Below, in pieces: positions 11,957 through 24,862 of a stretch of 64,000 nucleotides of DNA. Position numbers and translations under genes: made by a program. The notes under the pieces are model-generated. The model ran no database searches, had not been told where the DNA came from, and was given only the letters and a program-made list of their open reading frames with translations. Location: positions 23,821,073-23,885,072 of the forward strand of contig NC_057749.1 in the NCBI RefSeq assembly GCF_004010195.1. The letters are read 5' to 3'. Each line of letters begins with the position of its first letter. Position 1 is the first letter of the stretch. The stretch comes from Chiloscyllium plagiosum. Taxonomy: Eukaryota.

Positions 11957-12430
11957 GGTGGCTCAGTTAGCACTGCTGCCTCACAACATCAGGGACTCTG
12001 GTTCGATTCTCGCCTCGGGCACATGTCTGTGTGGAGTTTGCACATTCTCCCCATGTCTGTGTGAGTTTCCTCCGGGTGCTCCGGTTTCCTTCCACAGTCC
12101 AAAGATGTGCGGGTTAGAGTGGATTGGCCGTGCTAAATTTCGGGCTTATGCCCGAAACATCGATTCTGCTGCTCCTCGGATGCTGCCTGACTGTTGTGCT
12201 TTTCCAGCACCACACTCTCAACTCTGATCTCCAGCATCTGCAGTCCTCACCTTTTCTCCATGCTAAATTACCCATAGTGCTCAGGGATGTGCAGGGTAAG
12301 TGGATTAGCCATGGGAAATGCAGGGTTACGGGGATGGGGCAGGTGGTGGATCTTGGGTGGGATGTTCATCAGGGGTCGGTATGAACTTGATGGACCAAAC
12401 AGCCTGCTTCCACACTTCTCTGATGATTCT
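11957..12430 (+). mobile_element. HE1-type SINE interrupted by a PLE fragment
   Basis: A box ggtggctcagttagc, B box ggttcgattc, HE1 body. Confidence 0.88.
12140..12257 (+). mobile_element. PLE 3'-terminal fragment; about 12-bp TSD
   Basis: ccgtgctaaatt (12128-12139) and ccatgctaaatt (12258-12269). Confidence 0.85.
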
Positions 12431-13309
12431 GTGAAGAGCCTTGGGGTGTTTTACCATGTTAATGTTGTCATGTAAATAAAGTTGTTGTTGTTCTGTGTGG
12501 GGTGTATGGGTGTGGGGTGAAACCATGACAGCACTTCCAGGAAGCAAGACCCAACGAATGGCAAACGATGAAGATCTGAAACAAAAGCAGTGCTGGAGGA
12601 ACTCAGCATTTGTGGAGAGAGCATCAGAGTTGATGCTTCAAGTCCAGTCTGATGTACCTTTAGAACTTTGCCAACATCATTTTGTCGAATTTGACAGAAG
12701 GGGCGATTCCTTTCTCTCTCTCAATTTCTCAGTGTATATTCTGGATCGTCTGGCAGAGTGTCTGCTGGTGAATCATATGTCATGAGGTTGGAGTCTGCTT
12801 GTGAGGTTCTAATCCTGGTCTCTCCCTCCCTTCAGGAATACTGATGTCCAATGATAGGCATGCCAGCTAATTCAAGCTGTCAGAACTGAGAAGTATCGAG
12901 TCAGCAGGGGATTTGTTCCTCAGGGGTCTTTTTTGAAATGGGACAGATTCTGATGAGGGTGTGAGGTGGGAGCTGGTGGCAATGTTTTAAATGATGTGCT
13001 GGTTCATTACAGTCAGTGGGAACTCTCTCTTAACACCTGACTTCACCTTCTGTGATTTTTTTGAGTTGGGCAGAGTGACTTGGGTTGCTGGGACACATGG
13101 TTAATCCCAAATGTTGAGGGGTCGGGGTGGTAAGCTGGCACAAATGAGGAAAAAAAACCTCCTAGCAACTGGGCGTTGGATGTTCAGGCCTCTGTGGGCC
13201 ACGTGAGGATAAACCTCTGAGGCACTGTGACCTCTGCACTCAAGTGAGATTAGGATGGCAGCCGGTGACTTGTGGAGTTCCCTGGGGGTCAGTGTCGGGG
13301 CCACAACTT

Positions 13310-13712
13310 TTCACATTAACAACCTGGACAAAGGAACTGTGAAGGTACTGTTGCTGAGTTTACAGATGACACACAGATACGTGGAGAGACAGGCAATGTT
13401 GAGGAGGTAGGGTGGCTGCAGAACTTGGACAGGCTGGGAGAGTGGGCCAAAAAGTGGCAGATGGAATACAGTGTGGGAAATTGTGAAGATACGCATTTTG
13501 GTAAGAAATACAGGTGTAGATTGGTTTTCTAAAGGGGCAAAGGCTTTAGAAATCTGAAGCACAAAGGACCTACAGAGTTCTAGCTCAGGATTCTTTTCAG
13601 TTTAACAAGCAGGTTCACGTGGTAGTTCGGAAGGTGAATGCAATGTTAAGCATTCATTCCGAGGGGGCTACAGCACAAGAGCAGGGACGTACTATTTGAG
13701 GATGTATAAGGC
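13310..13712 (+). mobile_element. Degraded CR1 RT fragment
   Basis: ...ctgggagagtgggccaaaaagtggcagatggaatac... (LGEWAKKWQMEY). Confidence 0.75.
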
Positions 13713-13834
13713 TCCACTTCTATTCTTTGGGTTTATTGGGAGCTATTTCCATGCTGTACTCTGACTGACTCTATCTGGAAATGTGGCATGTTCATAGACT
13801 GCAGAGCCTACGTTAAAGCACCAGGCGCGAAAGT

Positions 13835-14280
13835 AAAATTGCATTTAGACAGCAGCTTTCACAAGTCTAAGACTTGCCAAAGTACTTTTTAACGGACAGC
13901 TGTTGGAATTTAGGAAGTGAAGCAGGTTGTGCACAGGAAGCTCCCACAAAGATAATTTATATTTTAGGATGAAGTGATGTACAGATATTGTCCAGGACAC
14001 CATCCCTTGCAGATAAATGTACAAAGTGTGAGCAGGTCATTCGACCCCTGTAGTCTGCTCTGCCATTCAGTGAGATCCTGGCTGATCTGATTCTCCACAT
14101 TCTCACTACCTCAGGACTGGTGTCATAGGATCTTTTTATATTGACCCAAGACTGGGCCACAGTTTGATGTCTCATCCCAGATACAGTATTTCTGACAGTG
14201 TGGCACTCCATGGGTGCTGCATGGCAGGATCAGGTTGATTTTAGTGCTCGGGCCACAGTGTCCTGACTGGGAGCGGAGGG
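13835..14280 (-). mobile_element. Old Deu-domain SINE (SacSINE1-like), degraded
   Basis: gcacaggaagctcccacaaa and gtttgatgtctcatcccagatacagtatttctgacagtgtggcactcc motifs; further pieces at about 14720-15060, 31205-31380, 46560-46700 and 52780-53110. Family name from recalled consensus. Confidence 0.55.
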
Positions 14281-14347
14281 TGGGGTTTTCCCTGGGTCAT
14301 AACTGCCAAATTGTGCAGGAAGACGAGCCAGAAATCCTTGACCGATC

Positions 14348-14455
14348 GGAGTTAAAAGTCACACAACACCAGGTTATGGTCCAACAGGTTTAATTGGAAG
14401 CATCAGTGTGGTTTTTAACTTTGTACACCCCAGTCCAACACTGACATCTCCAAAT
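14348..14455. mobile_element. Short partly palindromic insertion, probably another PLE-end family; 11-bp TSD
   Basis: cttgaccgatc at 14337-14347 and 14456-14466; related copy at 39599-39745. Confidence 0.65.
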
Positions 14456-17270
14456 CTTGACCGATCAGGGCCCTGTGTGCAGTGTGGTAACCTGGAGGCT
14501 CATTATAGCCTTCAGTCCTGGAAAGACTTCCTAATCAAACCTAAGTGGAAATTATTCCAGTCAAGGCTGTCGCTTGACTGTGAGGAGAGTCCTGGTGAGC
14601 AGTGTTGATGACCAGGCTCTCGCGCCAGGCCTCTGATCGCTTTACGATATGTAATGTGATTAGCACCGCAAACATACAGATTCTATTCCAGATCGAAACC
14701 AGGTCCCACAGAGAACATCCAGCTCCAGCTCGATAGCTTGGCTTTTGCCTCCAAGTCACAGGGTTGTGGGTTCAAATCCTATTCTAGGGGACTTGAGCAC
14801 TGTGTGTAGGCCGAGGCTGCGGTACAGAGTGAGTGGGGGCACTGCTTTTACTGAGTGAAACTCAGGCCCTTCCAGGGGGAAACATGATCCAGAGGAACCA
14901 CTTGAAGAAGAGGAAGGGAGATCTTTTTACATCCACCTGTAAGGTCTTGGTGTAATGCTTCCAGTTGAAATCGGGTAGCTCTGACCATGCAGCATTCCCT
15001 CAGTACTGCACTGGGTTGTCTTCCTTTGATTAGATGCTTGGATCGCTGAGTGGGTCAGCTGATTGTGGGGAATCTGTGGAACTTACTGCTGCAGAGAGCT
15101 GTGGAGGCCAAGTCACTGAGTGCATTTAAGACAGAGAGTTCTTGATTAGGCAGCAGATCAAGGGTTATTGGCAAAAGACGGGAGAAACATTCCTCTACCC
15201 CAATCAGCCATGATGGATTGATAGACCAGACTCGATGGGCTAAATGGTCCGATACTGCACCTATATCTAATGGTCGAATATGAATTCTTTTCTTTTGGTT
15301 ATGTCAGCATCATCGACTAACATCCACCAACTTCTGTTTGTTGTTCATTTGGTTAACAATCTGACAGACCAGATAAACTGTTTGATTTGTGATGTTGATT
15401 TGAGGGAAAGGTGCTTCTTGGGAGATCAGGCAATATTTCCTTGCTGTTCTTCAGACTAATACGGGCGGGGAGGGGGGGAGGTGGGAGGGGACTTTTTCCA
15501 TCCACCTGAACAGTTCGACGGAACCTCAATTCCAAAAGATGGCTGACTTTTCTGACTGGGAGGGGAGAGCCACGTTGCTGGCCTGAGCAAAATTTAGCTC
15601 TGGGGGGGGCAACGTTAGATTGCGCTGGTCTGGGAACTGATCTTGCTGCCATGAAACCGAGGGTTACGGAGACCGCAATGCAGTATTGTGTGCAGTGTTA
15701 GTCTTTATCGCTAGGCCAGGATGAGCTTGACCTAGAGAGGATGCCACGAAGGTTCTCTCAACCAGTTCCTGAGAAAAGGTTTACCAGATCTCTACCTGGA
15801 ATGAGCAGATTGTTTTGTGAGGAAATGCTAGACAGGCTAGGCCTGTATCCTCTGCCAGAGATAGAGAAGGACAAGGCCACAGAGGGAGTTTATGACCAGG
15901 ATGTGAAATCGAAACTTGAGGCTGGACTTCCTCAGGAACCAAAGTCTGTTAGTGAAGACCAGGATGATGGATGGAGGGGACTAGGTGGAGATACAGTTGT
16001 GGATCCACGGATAATGGTGCGGAAGTGGTTTGAACTGCCAGGGGAAGTGATAGATGCAGATATTGTCACGACATTCAAAAAACATTTGGACAGGATCATG
16101 AAGAGGAAAGGTTTCGAGGGATCTGGGTCCAGCGCGGGTAAATGGGACTAGTTTAGTTTAGGAAACCTGGTCGGCATGGATGAGTTGGACCGAAGGGTCT
16201 GTTTGCTGTTCTTCATGTCTCTGGGATTTGAGAAGAGCGAGGTGTAGTATAATTGAAACCAAGAACCAGAGGGGACTGGACTGGACATGGGGGGGAATGT
16301 GCAAACTGCACAGAGCCAGTCGCCTGAGGCTGGAATCGAACCCTGGCACTGTGAGGCAGCTGTGCTAACCACTGAGCCACTCCTTGTCAGAACCCATTTT
16401 GATTCACTGCCTAATTAGAGGAAGAACATTAGCTCCTCAGAGAGAGCAGAGTGAAGACCTAAGTAAGTGAGTATAGGATATGTTTATCCTTCCAGTGGTC
16501 TCCAAATATCCAGTGAAAATTCCCTTGGCTAACCCACCTAGCCTTCCCATCCCTGGACACTATGGGGTAATTCAGCATGGCCCATCTGCATATTTTTGGA
16601 CTGTGGGAGGAAACCGGAGCACCATGTGACAGTGAGGGAAGACAGGGCATTGCATTTCATTGACTGCTCATATGGAAGAGGGGTCATAGATATGAGTGAA
16701 TTGAAGATATCGAATGAGGAAGAGGAGATTCCAGTTTGACCAGAATTGATTGATTTTCTGAGGGACTCGTTTGGCGAGAAAGAAATTGACTTGGAAAGTG
16801 ACCTGATTGGCTTTGCTTCTCCATTTTCATGTCAATTTTTATTATCTCTCTCTTAACTCCGTTCTTAGTCATTTTTCTTCCTTGTATTTTATGACGAGTA
16901 CTTCCTCAACCTCTTAAATTATGATTTGCTGTTCTCCAAGTATAAATTTTCTCTCAAAATATATACTTATAAATATATACACTTTTTGGGAGTTCATTGT
17001 GTCACAGTTCAAAGTGGGCATGGCTTGAAGTATAATCGTTTATGTTTTTGTTGTACGCTGTGTTTCAGGAACCTCAGAACTCTGACAGACTTTGTGATCG
17101 CAAGAATTATTGAGGCAAATGCTGCATGAGTAGTCAGGAGGTTCCCAGTCTCCTTTTGGGGGCCTTGTAGACTCGCAGGACAAGGGGGGGGATGGGGAGG
17201 GCACGTGGGATGCCTGGAGCTGGGGGCACGGCTAGGTGCCATGTGCTGAGAGTTGTAAGGGTTGGTGGGC

Positions 17271-17578
17271 TAGATTAGATTCCCTACAGTGTGGGAACGG
17301 GCCCTTCGGCCCAACAAGTCCACATCGACCCTCCGAAGAGTAACCCACCCAGACCCATTCCCCTCCCCTATATTTACCCCTGGCAAATGCACCTAACACT
17401 ACAGGCAATTTAGCGTGGCCAATTCACCTGACCTGCACATCTTTGGATTGTGGGAGGAAACCCACACAGACACAGGGAGAATGTGCAAACTCCACGCAGA
17501 CAGTCACCCGAGGCGGGAATCGAACCCGGGTCCCTGGTACTGTGAGGCAGCAGTGCTAACCACTGAGCCACCATGCTG
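17271..17578 (-). mobile_element. HE1-type SINE, near full length
   Basis: A and B boxes on minus strand; tagattagat tail. Confidence 0.93.
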
Positions 17579-18366
17579 TCATGGAAGATTCTGTCAAAGT
17601 GAGAACGCTGGGAGAATTCAACTGCAAACAAAACCCTTGCTCTGTAAAGCAGTCGTGTTTTTCACTGACTTGCAGGGGCCTCTGTTCCTGCTGACTGTAA
17701 TAGTCAGGCGGTTGGAACTGAAGCCCATATTTAGAGTCCTCCCAGTGTTGGAGCTGAGGGCACGATCTGCAGTTGGCACAAAACCAAGATGGCAAACTGC
17801 TGAAAGAGATTTCAAGTTCTCTCGCCCTGCTGCATGCCTTCTCCCCGGCATCAGTGTTCCTAAAGCAGGGAGCAGCTCCGGTGATTAAATCAGGAAACAT
17901 TTTGTGGCTTTGTTTCTTTTCAATTTGATCAGACTTGAGAATTTGCTATCTTTGGACAATTCATGTTGGAAAAAGCAGTTGGCACTCCAGTGCTGAGAGT
18001 TAGTGTGAGGATTGGGTGTGGTTCTGAAATTGCCTGTTCCTCCTGTGGCTGTTTTCTCATGAGTTTTGAACACCTAGAAGCTTTATTTATCTTATTTCAG
18101 GAGCTGCTGGTTTCACACACTCCCTCTGATGTGCTGACAGTTGAATCTGACACATTTTCTTTTTATTTTGTGCCCTTTCTATCCTAGCAGTCCCACAATT
18201 AATTGTATTTCTGAAAGGAACAAATCAGTCCAGGCTGCGTTTTGAAACTGAATTTCTGTCACCCTCATTTCGTTTTCTGTGTGGATCTGCAGGAGACAAT
18301 TTAATTTCTTTTGACAAGAGTCTGCAGAGTGTTAGTCTGTTAATGTCTTGTAACATCTGTCACCAG

Positions 18367-18601
18367 AGCTGAAAATGTGTCGCTGGAAAAGCGCAGCAGG
18401 TCAGGGAGCATCCAGGGAACAGGAGAATTGACGTTTCGGGCATAAGCCCTTCTTCAGGAATCCTTCAGGATTCCTGAAGAAGGGCTTATGCCCGAAACGT
18501 CAATTCTCCTGTTCCCTGCATGCTCCCTGACCTGCTGCGCTTTTCCAGCAACACATTTTCAGCTCTGATCTCCAGCATCTGCAGACCTCTCTTTCTCCTC
18601 A
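18367..18601. mobile_element. PLE-derived fold-back element with two inverted hammerhead motifs; 15-bp TSD
   Basis: Arms of about 97 bp, nearly perfectly inverted around about 18465; TSD aacatctgtca(c/t)cag at 18352-18366 and 18602-18616. Confidence 0.9.
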
Positions 18602-18680
18602 AACATCTGTCATCAGCAGAGTAAACCTTCAGCATGATGTTCCGTTGTTCCATAAATTAGAATTCAAACTTCTGTAGCTT

Positions 18681-19625
18681 TGTGAGTATGTGTGTGTGTG
18701 TTTATGCACCTACCTGTGTATGGGCATGTGCAGTCCTGTGTGTGTATGTGCACGCTCACACCTGTATATGGGACTGTGCAGTCCTGTGTGTGTATGTGCG
18801 CGCGCGTACCTGTATATGGGACTGTGCAGTCGCATGTGTGTGTGTGCACGCACGCGCACCTACCTATGAATGGGCATGTGCAGTCCTGTGTGTGTGTCTG
18901 TGCGCGTAATTTTATATGGGACTTTGCAGTCCTGTGTGTGCGTGTGCACATGCGCATGCGCACACGCACGTGTACCTGTATATGGGACTGTGCAGTCCTG
19001 TGTGTGTGTCCGTGCACGTGTACCTATATATGGGACTGTGCAGTCCCGTGTGTGGGTGTGTGTGTGTGTACCTGTATATGGGACTGTGCAGTCGTGTGTG
19101 CGTGTGTGTCCGCATGCGCATCCTTGTATATAGGACTGTGCAGTCCTGTGTGTGCGCGTAACTGTATATGGGACTTTGCAGTCCTGTGTGTGTGTGTGTG
19201 CGTGCGCACACGCACGTGTACCTGTATATGGGACTGTGCAGTCCTCTATGTGTGTGTGTATGTGTGTGTGTGTCCGCATGTGCGTACCTGTATATGGGAC
19301 TGTGCAGTCCTGTGTGTGAGCTTGCGTGCGTGTACCTGTATATGGGACTGTGCAGTCCTGTGTGTATTTGTGTGTGAGCTTGCGTGCGTGTACCTGTATA
19401 TGGGACTGTGCAGTCCTGTGTGTGTTTGTGTGTGAGCTTGCGTGTGTGTACCTGTATATGGAACTGTGCAGTCCCATGTGTGTGTTGGTGCACATAACTG
19501 TGTATGGGACTGTGCAGTCCCTTGTGTGTTTGAGCGCATACCTGTGTGTTTGTGTGCACACGCATGCACATGTATATGGGAGTGTACAGACCTGGGTGGG
19601 TGTCAGCATGTGCACGTGTGTGCGC
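18681..19625. repeat. Minisatellite: about 17 copies of the core acctgtatatgggactgtgcagtcc separated by variable TG/CG/CA tracts
   Basis: Seen directly; copy number counted by eye. Confidence 0.95.
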
Positions 19626-20777
19626 CCTTAGAGACGGAGCCTCCCCAGAGGCTTCTTCCCCAATTCCCCCATTCATCTCCCACTCACGTTTTCCCCTTTC
19701 GCCTCCTGTCACTCCCTCTCTGAGCAAGTCTTGTCTGTGTAGCCTGACTCCCACCTTAGCTGACACTGTTGATGACTCCTTCCCCTCCTCTAGTACTGGC
19801 CTTTCTTCCATTAAACTTGCTGTCATCACACCCCACCCTCCCTCAAAGTGAATGAAGCCTTCACCCCCTTTGTTGTTAGAAAACAACGTCTCTCCATACC
19901 TCGCTTTGCTCTTCAAAACCTTCAGAAGTTCTTCTTTTTATCATCCTTTCATTATTATTCTTGGCGTTTCTTGTCAGTTTTCCTTTCATTCGTGTTATTC
20001 CTTCCTCCTTTATGCCTATTTCCTTGCTCTTGGTTTGCTTTTTCTTTCTCTGTGCTGAGGATTTCGTAGGCAAGCTCTGTCATGAGGCCCTGCTCTGACA
20101 CCAAATCGCTAAGGAACAGATTTGCAACGTTCTTTTCTTTTAGCATGCAGAGTAAAATTTTAGAAGCAGCCAGTTTTGGAGCGAGATTTATTTGTTGAGT
20201 TGGCATTGATACAAGGCACGTGACTTCCTCCACAATATTTAGGAATTTGCCAAGAAACGGGGATTCACTAATGAAGCTGCTTGGAAGATTTGTAGAAAGC
20301 AAGAGGGAACGAATCTCCAGGTGCTGATCAGATACAGTTGTTGGAGTGAATTTGTTTTCTCTTTTGAGTTGGCCTTTTAATGTGATTGCTGTGTCCTTAA
20401 ATTAAAGTTTGAGGACGTTGCAATACAGTGTTAAGGCAGTCCTCAGTCATCAGAACCCCATTCAATATCTTTGATAAACAGATACAAATTTCCCTCTCAC
20501 TGTATCAAGATAAAATTTCATGCTTAGAGACCTTGACTGTAATAAACCTACTCAAGTCAACACCGACTAAACATTTCTTAGCAGTTGAGGCTGACTGGTC
20601 TGGTTTTCCAGTGTAACTAAGCGCAGTCAGGATTATTTAGTAAATGCTGTTCAATGGAAGAATCACATCTAATAGTTGACATGGTGTTCTGATATTTCGC
20701 AAGCACAGCCTGGTCAGCTATTTTCCAAGATGGTGGTGGAGTAGCGCTGCAATGTGTTGAGTCTTTAACCCAGGAGC

Positions 20778-20965
20778 GGTGCTGGAAAAGCACAGCAGGT
20801 CAGGCAGTATCCGAGGAGCAGGAAAATCGATGTTTCATTAGGAAGGGCTTTTGCCCGAAATGTCGATTTTTCTGCAGCTCGGATGCTGCCTGACCTGCTG
20901 TGCTTTTCCAGCACCATCTCATCTTGACTCTAATCTCCAGCATCTGCAGTATCCACTTCCACCTC
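20778..20965. mobile_element. PLE-derived fold-back element; 17-bp TSD
   Basis: gtctt(t/c)aacccaggagc at 20761-20777 and 20966-20982. Confidence 0.88.
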
Positions 20966-23456
20966 GTCTTCAACCCAGGAGCCCAGAGCTTGTCTGCTCC
21001 ATCCACATTACTTTTCTTCTTAAGTATTTCCATTTGATGTGGTACCATGCCTTTTATTTTAACAACTTTTGTGGAGGGTGCCTTCTCCCGGTTCAGTGAC
21101 AAGGTGGCTTCCAACGACCTGGAATGACTCTGTCTCAGCCCCAGCATGTTGGTCTTGTCCAGGAGGGCGTGCTCGCGATCCGGCGTGTCCTTCATGCCCC
21201 TTTCTAGAGGTCTTCTTCGGCCTCATCAAGATGGCGGCAGCATAGAAGGCTCCAGCTGGAGCTCCTCTGCCCCACCCGATCTTTCCTCTTTTGCTTTTTT
21301 TTCTCTTTTCTGGAGTGTTTTTCTCCCTCCAAACATTTAATGTTAAACTGAGTTGGGTGGGAATAGAGGAAGAGGCTCCTGGACTGGAGGCCATTACAGA
21401 TGAGTCCCAGACCAGGTCGTTGTGGGAGGAGAGTCCCAGGGGCGGGCAGGAGGCCTTGAGTTTTGAAGCCTGGCATGTTCTGGAGATTGGGTTCGGTGCT
21501 GGTGTGGGCCGGGGTGAAATGGACTGTAAATCCAGGATGTTTTTTATTCCTCCGTTGGATTTAGTTTATTATTGTCTCAATCTTGTACCAAATTCTTAGG
21601 AATCTGTACCTCGGTATCTTTCACCTAAGATGGGCCATAAGTGGTGACATTGCAAACTGCACTCATTCAAGTTCATGAGTTCCTAAGATATAGGAGCAGA
21701 ATTAGGCCATTCAGCCCATCGAGTCCGGCCTGCCATTCGATTGGGGCTGATATGCTCCTCACCCCCATTTTCCTGCGTTCTCTCCATATCCCTTCACCCA
21801 TGACTAATTAAAAATCTGTCTAACTCCTCCTCAAATTTACTCACTGTCCCAGTATCCACCGCACTTTGGGGAAGTGAATTCCACACATTCATAACTCTTT
21901 GGGCAAAGTAGTTTCTCCTCAACTCTGTTTGAAATTTGCTGCCCTTTCCCCTAACACTGTGATCTCTCGTCCCATAATGCCCCACAATAGGAAGCATTTA
22001 CTCCACATCTATTTTATCCACATCTTTTATCATCTCAAATACCTCAATTTGATCTCCCCTCATTCTTCGAAATTCCAGAGAGTATAGACCCTAAACTGTT
22101 CAATCTCATCATAGGAGAAACCTGTGTGTTTCTCTGGGATCAATCTGGTGAACCTCCTTTGAACTGCCTGTAATCTCACTACACCTTTCCTCAAATAAGG
22201 GGATCAAAACTGTGCACAATACTCGAGGTGCAGTCTCACCAATACCTTGTACAGTTGTAACAATACTTCCTTACCTTGATGTTCTATTCCTTTCACTATA
22301 AAAGCCACCATTCTATTCCCTTCCTTTCTTATCTGCTGTACCTGCACACTAGTTTTCTGTGACTCATGAACGAGTCCACCTAGATCCATCTGCACCGGTG
22401 CACCTCGAAGTCTTTGCCCATTTAGATAATAGGTCGCCGCCCCATTTTTCTGACCAAAATGTATGACCTCACACTTACCCACGTTAAACTCCATCTGCCA
22501 CATACTGGCCCACTCTCCTAATCAAGCTACATCCAGTTGTAAGGTCCTTGTTTCCTCATTGCAATTTACCGTCCTGCCTATTTTTGTGTTATCCGCAAAT
22601 CTGGCTGTAGGGCTTTCTATCCCTGTATCCAAGTCGTTAATGTAGATTGTAAATAGTTGGGCCCAAGGACTGAACCCTGTGACACCCCACTAGTTACACC
22701 TTGCCGTCGCAGACAAAAAAACCCATTTATCCCGACTCTGTCTTCTGTCCATCAGCCGGTCGTCTGTCTAAGCTATAAATTACCCTAATCCAATACGATC
22801 CAACCTATTAAACACCTTCTGGAAGTCCAGATATATTACTTCTACAGGGTCCCCATTATCCACTTTGCTTGTTACTTCTTCAAAAAACTCAAGCAAATTA
22901 GTCAAACGTGACTTGCCCTCCATAAAACCATGCTGACTTTGGATGGCATTTTGACATTCCAAGTGTCCTGATATTGCTTCCTTGATAATTGATTCTAACA
23001 CTTTCCCGTCAACAGATGTTAAACTAACTCACCTGTAGTTTCACAAATATTGCCTTCCTCCTTTTTTGAATAAGGGCATTACATTAGCATTTTTCCAATC
23101 CACTGGAACTTTTCTCTTGTATTTTGGAATATTGTAACCAATGGATCTACTATCTCCAATGATACTTCCTTTATACCCTCGGATCTTGGCTATCAGGTCT
23201 GGTGGCCTGTCTGCCTTTAATCCTAATAGTTTGCTGAGTACCTTTTTCCCCCTCAATGTTGATTGTTCTAAGTTGTACCCTTGCTATTGCCTCTAATTTG
23301 CCCGTTGCAATAGGAATGATAGTATTGCCCTTGACTGTGAAAACTGAGTATTGATTCAGCATCTCTGCCATTTCAGTGATCCCCACTATTAGCTCTCCGG
23401 TTTCATCTTCCAACATTCACTTTAGCTACTCTCTCCCCTTTTACATAAGCTTTTAA

Positions 23457-23998
23457 ACATACAAGATAGGAGCAAGGGTAGGCCATTCAGGCCTTCGGGC
23501 CTGCTCTGCCATTCATCACCATCATGGCTAATCGTCCAACTCAATAGCCCAGTCCTGCTTTCTCCCCATAACCTTTGATCCCATTTGCCCCAAGTGCTAT
23601 CTTTAGCCGCCTCTTAAATACATGTAATATTTTGGCATCAGCTACTTCCTGTGGTAATGAACTCCACAGGCTCACCACTCTCTGGGTGAAGAAATGTCTC
23701 CTCATCTCTGTCCTAAATGATCCACCCTGAATCCTCAGACTGTGACCCCTGGTTCTGGACGCACTCACCATCAGGAACATCCTCCCTGCACCTACCCTAT
23801 CTAGTCCTGTTAGGATTTTATATGTCTCTGAGATCCCCCCCACCTCACTTATCTAAACTCCAGTGAAAACAATCCTAACTTCATCAATCTCCTCATTCGT
23901 CACTCCCACCGTCCCCAGAATCAGCCTGGGTAAACCCTTGCTGTACTCCCTTGAGAGCAAGAGCATCCTTCCTCAGAAAAGGAGACCGAAACTGCTCA
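23457..23998 (-). mobile_element. Second CR1 3' fragment nested in the larger CR1
   Basis: Separate 3' UTR plus YKILTGLDRV...FFTQRVVSLWSSLP. Confidence 0.85.
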
Positions 23999-24260
23999 CC
24001 ATTTCTGAAATTTTGTGCTAGTTTTCTTTCGTAATTGACCTTACTCTCTTAATTTTTTTTTTTAGTATCCCTTTGTTTATGTTGGAAAGTTTCCCAACCC
24101 CTTGCCACTGGCCTTTGCAATATGGCGTACCTTAGTTTTTGACTTCATATTGTCCTTGACCTCCTCGTTTAGCCATGGGTGTTTTTTTAACTCCCTCTTA
24201 GCATCATTATTCCTCTCTGGGATATAGTTTAGTTGTGAGGAATTGAATAGCTCCTTAAAC

Positions 24261-24580
24261 GGGCGGCACGGTGGCACAGTGGTTAGCACTGCTGCCTCAC
24301 AGCGCTAGAGACCCGGGTTCAATTCCCGCCTCAGGCGACTGACTGTGTGGAGTTTGCACATTCTCCCCGTGTCTGCGTGGGTTTCCTCCGGGTGCTCCAG
24401 TTTCCTCCCACAGTCCAAAGATGTGCAGGGTCAGGTGAATTGGCCATGCTAAATTGCCCGTAGTGTTAGGTAAGGGGTAAATGTAGGGGTATGGGTGGGT
24501 TGCGCTTCGGCGGGGCGGTGTGGACTTGTTGGGCCGAAGGGCCTGTTTCCACACTGTAAGTAATCTAATCTAATCTAATC
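24261..24580 (+). mobile_element. Full-length, young-looking HE1-type SINE
   Basis: gggcggcacggtggcacagtggttagc; B box gggttcaattccc; (aatct)n tail; TSD cttaaac at 24254-24260 and 24580-24586; CpGs retained. Confidence 0.95.
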
Positions 24581-24643
24581 TTAAACAATTGCCACTGCTC
24601 ATCCGCTGTCTTACATTTTCACCTTTCTGCCCAATCTACTCAG

Positions 24644-24811
24644 GCAGGCAAAAGTGAGGACTGCAGATCCTGGAGATCAGAGTCGAGGTTAGATTGGTTC
24701 TGGAAAAGCACAGCAGGACAGGCAGCATCCGAGGAGCAGGAAAATCGACGTTTTAAGCAAAAGCCCTTCGTCCTGATGAAGGGGTTTTTGCCCGAAACGT
24801 CGATTTTCCTG
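24644..24811. mobile_element. PLE-derived fold-back element with hammerhead motif; 13-bp TSD
   Basis: ccaatc(t/g)actcag at 24631-24643 and 24812-24824; CTGATGA-A-GGGGTTTTTGCCC-GAAACGTC at about 24773-24801. Confidence 0.87.
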
Positions 24812-24862
24812 CCAATCGACTCAGATACACACACGAGTGCATGTGACAATAAAGTTAATTCA

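Larger units (their letters stand above)
11620..12492 (+). mobile_element. L2-like LINE 3' end, interrupted by an HE1 SINE
   Basis: ctcctg|tgaagagccttggggtgttttaccatgtt...aaataaagttgttgttgtt tail, split by the SINE. Confidence 0.6.
21683..24643 (-). mobile_element. Large degraded CR1 LINE with nested insertions
   Basis: Minus-strand ORFs [53 protein letters not shown]; interrupted at about 23457-23998 and 24261-24580. Confidence 0.9.

Noticed and set aside
18367..18601. DNA-transposon MITE or pre-miRNA interpretation of the hairpins
   Set aside because: Arms are unequal and vary between copies, TSD lengths vary, and the sequence matches PLE 3' ends.
18664..19916. CRISPR array or repetitive protein
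   Set aside because: Vertebrate context, no cas genes, spacers low-complexity and mutually related; the ORFs are repeat translations.
24261..24335. tRNA gene
   Set aside because: A and B boxes belong to the SINE head and continue into the HE1 body; the same applies to all other copies.
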